Origin: an uncultured Bacteroidales bacterium
Lineage (GTDB): Bacteria > Bacteroidota > Bacteroidia > Bacteroidales > UBA4417
Direction: 5' to 3'
Length of the DNA stretch: 60,390 nt
Assembly: GCA_903913645.1 (NCBI GenBank)
Contig: CAIWMA010000231.1
Location: forward strand, 1 to 60,390
Part shown: positions 51,040-59,698 of the stretch, in pieces
Numbering within the stretch: position 1 is the stretch's first letter
How the letters are laid out: the number at the start of each line of letters is the position of its first letter
Made by a program: the position numbers and the translations under genes
Notes under the pieces: generated by a model
The model's input: the letters and a program-made list of their open reading frames with translations, nothing else
The model's database searches: none
Told to the model about the DNA's origin: nothing

Positions 51040-52659
51040 ATGAAAAAAGTTTTTATACTAATCGTTTTTGCAGCCTTATTGGCCAGTTCAGAAGCACAAA
51101 CACCTGTGAAATCCGTAGCTAAACCAGCAACCGGCAGTTCACTTTTAAGTGGAATTTACTTTGCTCCATCCGGAAGTTCAATTATTCTGCAGAATAATGC
51201 TAAAAACGACCTTACTATTACTGCGAAAAAGGAAGTTGGCCTGGTGTATAGCAAAAATGCTTTCAGTTTTGCGACACCTTTTCCTAATGGAATCAAATAC
51301 AAAGTCTCCGTTAAAAAAGCACCTGCCGGGCAAACCTGTATCATTAACACGGGAAGTGAAGGAACAATGCCACAAAGTACAAACTCACTCCGGATTTGCA
51401 GCGATTATACATACGACAATGTAAGCCGGAGCTCTGATGATAAGACTTTCAGCACTTTTTACGAAAGCTCTGATCCGGATGTGGGTGGGGCATCAGGCGA
51501 AGACGGACGCTATGTTGTTTTTGTTTCCTCGGCAACTTTTGCAGGTTCTACTGGTAAACACCGGCAGATATTCTGGCGCGACCGCAACACAGGTACAACT
51601 AAACTGGTAAGTGCTTCCGCCAGCGGTCAGGAAGGCGATGGAGATAGTTATTATCCCGCCATTTCTGGCGATGGTAAAACAGTCGCCTTCGAATCGTATT
51701 CAACCAACCTGGTTGATGGTGATAAAAATGGGTACAGGGATATTTTTGTCTGGCATTCCGCTACCGGCAAAATACAAACGGTAAGCATTGGCAAAAATGG
51801 CGCTTCTGCTGATGCCGAGAGTTATGAAGCTACGGTTTCAGGTGATGGAAACCTGATAGCATTTACTTCAGCTGCCAGCAATATTTCAGAAATAGAAAAA
51901 GGCGTTTCCAATAACAATGTTTTTATTCGGGATATGTCGGCTGGCATTACCACAATGATCAGTGTTGATCCCAGAGCGAAAAAAGGCGGCGGCGGTTCCA
52001 AACCTTCCATTTCCTACGATGGCAGTAGGGTAGCGTTTTACTCTCATACTGAAACCCTGGTTCCTAACGACAACAACGGACTTTGGGATATCTTTTTATG
52101 GGAGAAAGGTGTTAATGCGCTTAAACGGATAAGCCTTACCTCGGATCATAAGGAGCGCAACCAGGGCAACGAAAGTGCCAATAGGGTAGTAGCTCCGGCT
52201 ATTTCAGGAAATGGTCGCTACATTGCTTATGCAACTACTGCCACCAACATGGTTCCTAACGATAACAATAATTTCCAGGATGTTTTTCTTTACGACAGCA
52301 ATACCGACAGTACAATAATGGTTAGCAACGCCAACGATGGCAAACAAGGAAATTCGGACAGTCCAATAGGGCAGGGAGAAAAAATTGCCATTACGTTTGA
52401 CGGAAGCTGGTTAGCTTTTTCGACCAACGCTACCAACCTGGGCGTGCCAGCAGCAAACGTAGTAATGCATAACAGAGCCACTGGGCAAAACAAGGCGGTT
52501 TCAACAGTGGTTGGGAGTAGTGTAGGCCGTGCAACCTTTTCGCAGCAAGGCGGCTATGTTGTATTTGGAATAGGAGGCAAAATTGACAGCAGATTTCAGT
52601 CATCGGGAATTTTTGCAAACTTTACCGGCGTTGGCCCATGCCGGTTTTGTCCGGAATAA
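51040..52659 (+). CDS. Secreted protein with Ig-like N-domain and TolB/PD40-like beta-propeller
   Basis: Signal peptide SEA|Q; LQNN...FSF.T...G..Y.V.V...P.GQTC module; repeated P.ISGDG..VAF.S..TNLV..D.N...DIF blades; C-terminal CRFCP. Confidence 0.8.
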   Translation: MKKVFILIVFAALLASSEAQTPVKSVAKPATGSSLLSGIYFAPSGSSIILQNNAKNDLTITAKKEVGLVYSKNAFSFATPFPNGIKYKVSVKKAPAGQTCIINTGSEGTMPQSTNSLRICSDYTYDNVSRSSDDKTFSTFYESSDPDVGGASGEDGRYVVFVSSATFAGSTGKHRQIFWRDRNTGTTKLVSASASGQEGDGDSYYPAISGDGKTVAFESYSTNLVDGDKNGYRDIFVWHSATGKIQTVSIGKNGASADAESYEATVSGDGNLIAFTSAASNISEIEKGVSNNNVFIRDMSAGITTMISVDPRAKKGGGGSKPSISYDGSRVAFYSHTETLVPNDNNGLWDIFLWEKGVNALKRISLTSDHKERNQGNESANRVVAPAISGNGRYIAYATTATNMVPNDNNNFQDVFLYDSNTDSTIMVSNANDGKQGNSDSPIGQGEKIAITFDGSWLAFSTNATNLGVPAANVVMHNRATGQNKAVSTVVGSSVGRATFSQQGGYVVFGIGGKIDSRFQSSGIFANFTGVGPCRFCPE

Positions 52660-52722
52660 TCAGATTTGCTTAACCAGTACTGAATATTAAACAATAATCA
52701 TTCACAATCTAAATCAATTCTT

Positions 52723-53241
52723 ATGAAAGCAATCATTTTAATCCTGTTACTGTCTCCGATTTTTGTATTTTCACAAAAATCCAATATTTTTATTAAACTC
52801 ACCGATGCCCATGGTCAGCAAATTAAAGGTGACGCAACAGAGAAGGGCTATGAAAGGTGGCTGGGGTCTTCCACTGTTCATTCTTCGGGGAAAAACAATA
52901 CATCCTTCAGTTTCATGATGACTATTTCAGGAGCTTCAGCTGATTTGAAAAGAGCAATGACCAACGGCGAATTACTTATTGACGGGCAAGTTGTTGTTAC
53001 AGCATTGGATCCAATGGGATCAGGCAGGATGATTACGAGTTACACTATTAAGATGGAAAGTATTTCTGTTTTAACGTGCGAAGAATCTGTGGGTTGCAAT
53101 GGTGTGATGAATACATCTGTGACCTTGCAGGCAACCCGGATTGGATGGACATATTACCAGACTGGCAAAACCGGCTCGCCAGTTGTATCAAAAAAATATG
53201 GATGGGATGCAGGAAATGATAAGGAATGGACTAATTTTTAA
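52723..53241 (+). CDS. Hcp (T6SS tube, Hcp1-type)-like protein with N-terminal Sec signal peptide
   Basis: Signal peptide MKAIILILLLSPIFVFS|Q, then IFIKL...IKGD, FSF...S..L..A...G, YTIKME...V, SVTL...IGWTY, KYGWD, matching the Hcp1 motif order as I recall it. Confidence 0.7.
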   Translation: MKAIILILLLSPIFVFSQKSNIFIKLTDAHGQQIKGDATEKGYERWLGSSTVHSSGKNNTSFSFMMTISGASADLKRAMTNGELLIDGQVVVTALDPMGSGRMITSYTIKMESISVLTCEESVGCNGVMNTSVTLQATRIGWTYYQTGKTGSPVVSKKYGWDAGNDKEWTNF

Positions 53242-53339
53242 GTTAGCCGGACACGTTGTATAATCATGTCTTGTTCTATTCGTCAGCTGTATTTGCATTC
53301 AGAATAGAAAAAAGATTTTAAAACCTAATTACCGGGGCT

Positions 53340-54925
53340 ATGAAAAAAATATGCTTTGTTTTCCTTTTCAGTATGTTACTGGGGAATTTATTTGCCAGAA
53401 GGAAACTTTCGATTTGTTTGCCTATTTACCACCAGCAGGGTGGAAAAAGGAAGTTACTGAAAACATTATCAGTTACACCGGTTTTAATAATAAAACTAAA
53501 GCCTGGTGCCGGATTGGTATCGTGAAAAGCACAACCAGTAAAGGGAACGTAGAAGCTGATTTTGAAAGCGAATGGCAGGATCTGGTTGTAAGAAACTATA
53601 ATCCCACAGAAGCTCCCGTTCTGAATGAAGTGCGTGAAACTGACGGATGGAAAGTTAAAGATGGGGTTGTGAAATTTAGATTTAACAATGCGGATGCCCA
53701 GGCTATGCTTACAACCATAAGCGGATTCGACCGTTGCGCAAGCATTGTCGTCACACTCAATAACCAGGAGTATTTAGAAAATATTGACGCATTTCTAAAG
53801 TCTGTTGAATTCAAAAAGATAGAAACATCTGCTCTCCCGGTTTCTGTAAACTATTCAGACGATACTTCCATTGTTGGTACCTGGGGAAATTCCATGACTT
53901 ACAATCAGCAGTCCGGGGATCTTGTTGTTCATGTTATGGGCTATGGTTACACAGCTAATCAATATACTTTCAATAGCAATAACACGTACTATTTTGTATC
54001 AAAAACTTTTTTGGCTTCTGATAACAAGATGCTATTGGTAAAAGAAAATGGTAATTACCAGATTAGCGGAAATAATATCACTATAGAACCATTAAATAGT
54101 GTAACAGAGTCCTGGAGCAAGAAGGATAGTCTTGATTCTCAAGGTCGGCAGGCCGGAGTAGACAAATGGGGCAAAGTTTTGTCAAGCCAAAAACGAGCAC
54201 TGGAAAAAGTAAATTATACGTTGACCAAACATTATTTTTCCGGTATTCAACAATGGAATCTGGTATTTCAATCTAATACTGCAACTCAAAGAGATGGTCC
54301 TTTCAGTAGCAATACTACTTTCAGTAATGCATGGTATTACAGTCCCATTTCATCCAACAATCCTGTTATAGAATTACCATATGGGCAAAAAATAACAGCA
54401 GATAACACAAAACCAGAACAACCTACTTCAATTACCGAAAACACAACACTTCTTGGCACATGGTGCATAAGTGCAAGCGACCAGTTAAATTACCGGGTTA
54501 AAAATGGTGTTGTGAGTACAATCTTTCGTCAATATACATTTAAAGCAAATGGCACTTACAATTGTAACATTAAAACGTTCGATCCGCTTTTAAATTCCAA
54601 TCTTTTGGGAAGAGAAAGCGGAAATTATAAAATCACAGGAACCAATCTAACCATCGATCCCCTAAAAAGTGTATTAGAAGAATGGAGCAAAATAAATGGC
54701 GCAGATCAATGGGGCCTGCTTTTAAAAACACAAAATGTTATCCTTGAAAAGGTGACATATAGTTTTAGCAAAATTTATGTTCCCGAATCAAGTGAATGGC
54801 AGCTTATTTTGAAAACCGCCAATCAAACAAAGAGAGATGGCCCTTTTAATAATTATGAGGGCAATGCATGGATATATATCATCACTTCACCATCCCATCC
54901 TTTAATTAAGTTACCTGGTGAATAA
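53340..54925 (+). pseudogene. Secreted protein with two tandem lipocalin-like domains, split by a 1-nt frameshift at about 53396 (pseudogene or sequence error)
   Basis: The frame starting at 53340 gives signal peptide MKKICFVFLFSMLLGNLFA; the -1 frame continues QKETFDL. GCC and CAG share the C at 53396, so one extra C restores FA|QKET. Confidence 0.75.
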
Positions 54926-55066
54926 TAATTAACTCAAGTTGCTAGTTTTTCAAATAAGTTTATCAAAGGTATAAACAACGATAAAAAGCAGCAATTTTAG
55001 CAGGAATCCTTCTTGTGTGACAGCATGAATTGATTTATCTATAGCCGATTTGATTCTGAAATACTT

Positions 55067-55567
55067 TCAATCAATTCTTTTACTTGTTATTGATTCACAG
55101 GCTAATTTAAGCTTTGCAGTAATTTCATTATACTCATCATCATTCAGTCGGGCGCGGTTTTCACTATCCAGAATGCCATTCTCGCTAGGTTGAATTTTAC
55201 TGTACCATTCATTGCTTTCCGGTAAATCGAGTGGCTTACGGGGAACAATATGCAAATGAAGATGTGGAACTGTTTGACCTGCCGAAACTCCATCCTGTAT
55301 TGTCCAGTCGAAGCCGTCACAGTTGAAAACAGTTTTTAAAACCGAAGTGATTTTTCGCGCAAACACCATCATTTCACTCTGTTCATCCTCCGATAATTCG
55401 AAAAGTGATTCGTAATGCTTATTGGGGATAATAAGCGAATGACCCGGTAGTATTGGGGCAATATTGTAATATGCACTGAATCTTGATGTCCTGCAAAAAG
55501 ATGATTCAATAAATTCATTTCGGCAAAAAACACAAGTCTGATCAGTTGGATTGGTTGTTTGAAGCAT
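55067..55567 (-). CDS. HIT family nucleotide hydrolase (Fhit-like)
   Basis: CVFC, PILPGHSLIIP, QDG..AGQTVPHLHLHIVP histidine triad. Confidence 0.93.
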   Translation of the reverse strand: MLQTTNPTDQTCVFCRNEFIESSFCRTSRFSAYYNIAPILPGHSLIIPNKHYESLFELSEDEQSEMMVFARKITSVLKTVFNCDGFDWTIQDGVSAGQTVPHLHLHIVPRKPLDLPESNEWYSKIQPSENGILDSENRARLNDDEYNEITAKLKLACESITSKRID

Positions 55568-55588
55568 TATTTGAGTTTAAAAGAGAAT

Positions 55589-56041
55589 CTATTTCGGATA
55601 ATTCCCTGTAATTTTTGAAAAAAACTTGTGAATCCCATGGAACGATCCTACCGGTTCAGCAAACATCATAATACAACGATCGGACACATAGTTAATATCT
55701 TTCCCTTCAAGATACTTAATCACCTCATCATTGCTCGATCCCTGCTGCAGCCAGAGGTGCTGTATCCCTTTCTTATAGGAACTATCCACAATTTTGATGG
55801 TTGACTCCGGCGGAGTATTTATAAATAGTGCTTTAACATCAGGCGGAAGCGTTTCAATGCTGCTGAAACATTTATCTCCTTCGAAATGAGTTAAATGAGG
55901 ATTAACCGGAAGTACTTTAAGACCCTTTTTTTTTAAAGTCTGATAAACAGCATTCCCGAATTTGTTTTTATTCCGCGATACTCCAACTACTGCAATCTGA
56001 GGTTGTTGCAGAAACAGGTTAATTGATTCGCTTGTTTTCAT
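55589..56041 (-). CDS. CoA-binding protein (CoA_binding_2/YccU-like)
   Basis: IAVVGVSR...KFG, PVNP, WLQQG, CIMMF. Confidence 0.88.
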   Translation of the reverse strand: MKTSESINLFLQQPQIAVVGVSRNKNKFGNAVYQTLKKKGLKVLPVNPHLTHFEGDKCFSSIETLPPDVKALFINTPPESTIKIVDSSYKKGIQHLWLQQGSSNDEVIKYLEGKDINYVSDRCIMMFAEPVGSFHGIHKFFSKITGNYPK

Positions 56042-56150
56042 ATGGCATATTTATTTTGATTATATACATAAATTGGTCGGAAGAACTAAGCCGGAAGCTT
56101 GTATTTGTTGCAGAATAACCCTAATCCTGACGAATTTTATTGATTTCTCA

Positions 56151-56199
56151 TTTCTGACTTCCGACTTCCGTCTTCTGACTTCCGTCTTCTGTCTTCCGA
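56151..56199. repeat. Heptamer tandem repeat CTTC(C/T)G(A/T), 7 units
   Basis: tttctga cttccga cttccgt cttctga cttccgt cttctgt cttccga, followed by ctcatta ctcctta; downstream of the OmpA-family gene. Confidence 0.85.
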
Positions 56200-56228
56200 C
56201 TCATTACTCCTTATTCCTTTTTTTTCCT

Positions 56229-58655
56229 TTATTCAAAAACAATCTTCATCTCTACCCGCCTGTTTTTTTGCCGGCCTTCGGGAGTTGTATTTTCCGCAAT
56301 AGGTTTAGTTTGTCCAAACCATTCTGCTTTTATGCGATCGGGTTCAATACCATTTTTTACAAGGTAATCCTTTACAGCCAAAGTTCGGTTTTTCGACAAA
56401 GTCAGATTTGATTCCGGCTTGCCAACATTGTCGGTATGCCCGGAAAGTGACAATTTGAATTCGCTGCGTTTTTTCATCACATTAGCAAGTCCGTCGAGCG
56501 ATCCTAAAGAAGCTTTTTTAATGACCGATTTGCCAGTTTCAAATTCAAGATTATCAAATGCTTTTTGAAGAATTTCCTGCTCTTCTTTTTTTATTTCCGG
56601 GCAGCCATTATTTTGAGCAATCCCCGGTATGGTAGGGCAAAGATCGTATTTATCCGAAATTCCGTCACCATCTGTATCCGGACAACCTTTAAAGACCGCC
56701 GTACCTCGGATGCTTGGGCAATCATCGTCTTTATCGGGAATGCTGTCGTTATCACTATCCAGGTAAGGACATCCCTGGTTTTCAATTGGGCCTTTTATTC
56801 CAGGGCATTTATCGGATTCATCAATAATTCCGTCACCATCGCTGTCAATAAAAGGGCAGCCTTTGTTCTCACGCGTACCGGCAACGGTAGGGCAGTTGTC
56901 ATCTTTATCAGCTATACCATCACCATCCTGGTCCGGGCAACCTTTCATCTTAACTGAACCGGCATTGTAAGGGCATTCATCATTCTCGTCGATGATGCTA
57001 TCGCCATCGCTGTCAGGGCAACCATTAAACGCAGCAATGCCTTTCACATTAGGGCACAGGTCATTTTGGTCAATTATTCCATCGCCATCGGTATCAGGAC
57101 ATCCATTAAATTCTTTCAACCCTGCTACATCAGGACATCTGTCTTTTTCATCGGTTATACCATCCTCATCCGCATCCGGGCAGCCATCAAGTGCGAACAC
57201 ACCCGGAACCTTGGGGCATAAGTCTTTTTTGTCTGATACTTTATCATTGTCGCGGTCGTGCGGACTTCCGTACATTATTGGAATTTTTAATACAGCTGAA
57301 GCAGATGTGCCGTACCTGTTTTTAGAAGATGCAAGTAAGGAGAAAATATCGTTTGAACCAATCCAGAGCGGTCCGATCCGCATCCCAAATCCCACGTTCC
57401 ATTGTTTAAAGGAATTATATTGTACAGGTACCGAAACCCCAAACCATTTTTTATCGTAACGGGGAACCAGGTTATAGGTTGAAATATAGTGTACTTTATT
57501 TACAATATTATTCCCACGATTAAGAGCAATAAAGGGAGTGAAATTAACATATAAACCTTCAGCAACCCTAACATCGGCCTGCATACTAAGGCTTGTCGGT
57601 AGTCGCTGTGTGAATTTATCGGAAGGACTGGCAAGATCAAATGAATCGGCAATAAATTTGTTGAAATCATCAATAGACTGTATTCCTAAATCGCCTACAA
57701 CCAGGTTCTGAATATCCGCAGTAAAATCGCGGCTGTCAGGATTTCTGCGGTAACGAACACTTCCAAGGTCTGAGGCTGTAAATCCAATCCTGAACAGGTA
57801 TTTGTCCTGGTCCCTGCGCCACAAATTGGTTTTACCATCCATATCGTATTTGTATTTCATCCAGTCAGGACGATATTCGTAGACAATTCCAAAATCGAAA
57901 GATATGGAAGGATTGGTGTTGAAGCGGTAGGTGAAATCCTGGGTCAGATTATCGGAGGTTCCATAGTTTGTGTAAGTATTAAAAATAGAAACTGCACTGG
58001 AATCCTTAACCTCATAATTAAGATTTTTCATGAAAACATAAGCAGAACCTAAGCCCTGGTTTATTTTTATTGTAGTTCCGGCTTTCAGAAAGTGCTTTTC
58101 CCTGTCCATAAGTACACGTGCATAGGTAAAGCCATACTCCACCCACGAATTTACCTGTGTATTTAAATTCTCATTCTTAAGTTTGATGTTCCAGAGATCG
58201 GTTTCCTCATTGAGTCCGTCGAGCAGCATGGCAAGGGATTCGGTCATGTTATCGATATTAATAATCGATCGCACCGATGGCGTAAATGCAATAGCACTCT
58301 TGTCGGAAAGCGTGACCATAAAAGAGAAAATATCCTGTTTCTCACTGATTATCCCGGTTTTATCAGATCCGTTCATGGTTCGTGAAACATATGGTCCCTG
58401 AAAGTCAAGGCTTTTCAGTAATTTCGGATGAGTTAGAATGTATGGATCAAAGCTGTAGAAGGTATTATAAAAATTAACATCCGTTGAGAATAGAGCCATG
58501 TCGAACTTATACCGACTATCGGCGATTGAAGCAGGCTGCAATTGAACGCCCGTAATTCCTGCATAATTGCTGGTTGCAAATGGCAGGAAACTTTGTGATT
58601 TCGTTTGTAAACTTAAAAGTATTGTAAATATGGGGAGGAAGAGTAGCTTTTTCAT
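56229..58655 (-). CDS. Outer-membrane protein: DUF5723-like beta-barrel + 8 thrombospondin type-3 repeats + OmpA-like peptidoglycan-binding domain
   Basis: Signal peptide TKS|Q; SNYAG...QPASIADSR; eight D.D.DG..D..D.CP...GCP units (56598-57257); GHTDNVG, LSKNR, NRRVE. Confidence 0.88.
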   Translation of the reverse strand: MKKLLFLPIFTILLSLQTKSQSFLPFATSNYAGITGVQLQPASIADSRYKFDMALFSTDVNFYNTFYSFDPYILTHPKLLKSLDFQGPYVSRTMNGSDKTGIISEKQDIFSFMVTLSDKSAIAFTPSVRSIINIDNMTESLAMLLDGLNEETDLWNIKLKNENLNTQVNSWVEYGFTYARVLMDREKHFLKAGTTIKINQGLGSAYVFMKNLNYEVKDSSAVSIFNTYTNYGTSDNLTQDFTYRFNTNPSISFDFGIVYEYRPDWMKYKYDMDGKTNLWRRDQDKYLFRIGFTASDLGSVRYRRNPDSRDFTADIQNLVVGDLGIQSIDDFNKFIADSFDLASPSDKFTQRLPTSLSMQADVRVAEGLYVNFTPFIALNRGNNIVNKVHYISTYNLVPRYDKKWFGVSVPVQYNSFKQWNVGFGMRIGPLWIGSNDIFSLLASSKNRYGTSASAVLKIPIMYGSPHDRDNDKVSDKKDLCPKVPGVFALDGCPDADEDGITDEKDRCPDVAGLKEFNGCPDTDGDGIIDQNDLCPNVKGIAAFNGCPDSDGDSIIDENDECPYNAGSVKMKGCPDQDGDGIADKDDNCPTVAGTRENKGCPFIDSDGDGIIDESDKCPGIKGPIENQGCPYLDSDNDSIPDKDDDCPSIRGTAVFKGCPDTDGDGISDKYDLCPTIPGIAQNNGCPEIKKEEQEILQKAFDNLEFETGKSVIKKASLGSLDGLANVMKKRSEFKLSLSGHTDNVGKPESNLTLSKNRTLAVKDYLVKNGIEPDRIKAEWFGQTKPIAENTTPEGRQKNRRVEMKIVFE

Positions 58656-58792
58656 AGTTAAAGTACCTTAAAACAAATTTTATCAAAAATAGTGAATTTG
58701 TAACTGAATTGAAACCTTAGGGAGGTAAAAAAGTGGTGAATATTTTCAAATAGGAATATCTTTGTCTTCTCAAAAGTGTAACCAGGTTGGCA

Positions 58793-59659
58793 ATGTCATA
58801 TTCAATTAATGATTTTTATAAAAGTATTGTTCTGAAGTTGCAAGCATTGTATTCTGCTGAAGAAGCTCATGCTATGGCAGACAGGCTGTTTGAGCATTAT
58901 TTTCAGCTTACACCCACCCGAAGAGTACTCGCTGCAGATTCCCCGGTAAACAGTGCAAAAATGCTACTGGCAGAAGAATCCGTTATAAAATTATTGAGTA
59001 ACATACCTTTACAGTACGTACTTGGTATAGCATATTTCATGGAAATGGAGTTTGTTGTAAATCCATCGGTGCTGATTCCCCGGCCCGAAACAGAAGAACT
59101 TGTAAGCCTGATAGTGAAACAGTATTCCGGATGGAAATCTACCCACCAATTAAGCATTCTGGATATTGGAACCGGAAGCGGATGCATCCCTGTAGCATTA
59201 AAACGATATATTCCCGGATCAATAGTTTCAGCAATTGATATTTCGCAGGAAGCGCTCGAAGTAGCAACTGAAAATGCGGCACTTAACAAAGTGGAAATAA
59301 ATTTTAGCAAAACTGATATACTTAACCATGCTCAAAGTAAGCTGCTGACTGAGTTCGATCTCATTGTAAGTAATCCGCCCTATGTGACAATGGCCGAGAA
59401 AAAGTATATGCAGCCCAACGTTTTTGATAATGAACCGCATACGGCCTTGTTTGTTCCCAATGATGATCCGCTTGTTTTTTACCGCGAGATTTTTATCCTG
59501 TCGAAAACTAAACTTCTTGATGGGGGAAGCCTTTGGTTCGAAATAAACGAAATGTATGGTATTGAGTTAAGAGATATGGCTTTACACCATGGTTTTAAGG
59601 AAGCAAATATTTTCTTTGATATTCGGGGAAAAAGTCGATTTTTGCAATGTTTTATATAA
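58793..59659 (+). CDS. prmC: Peptide chain release factor N5-glutamine methyltransferase
   Basis: PLQYVLG, VLIPRPETEEL, DIGTGSGCI, SNPPY, EPHTALF; TATCTTTG -7 box at 58757-58764. Confidence 0.95.
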   Translation: MSYSINDFYKSIVLKLQALYSAEEAHAMADRLFEHYFQLTPTRRVLAADSPVNSAKMLLAEESVIKLLSNIPLQYVLGIAYFMEMEFVVNPSVLIPRPETEELVSLIVKQYSGWKSTHQLSILDIGTGSGCIPVALKRYIPGSIVSAIDISQEALEVATENAALNKVEINFSKTDILNHAQSKLLTEFDLIVSNPPYVTMAEKKYMQPNVFDNEPHTALFVPNDDPLVFYREIFILSKTKLLDGGSLWFEINEMYGIELRDMALHHGFKEANIFFDIRGKSRFLQCFI

Positions 59660-59698
59660 AATTACACTCATCATAAATCATACAAATTAAACTTAAAC

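Noticed and set aside
53343-53349. A7 run as a slippage site joining ATG 53340 to the long frame
   Set aside because: Slippage there would give MKKNMLCFPFQYVTGEF, destroying the signal peptide; the junction at 53396 fits much better.
45324-54925. Prophage, canonical T6SS or eCIS interpretation of the module
   Set aside because: No integrase, capsid, terminase, sheath, VgrG/PAAR or baseplate genes, and all products carry signal peptides.
56565-57459. Plus-strand ORFs with repetitive sequence
   Set aside because: Antisense shadows of the TSP3 repeats of the OmpA-family gene.
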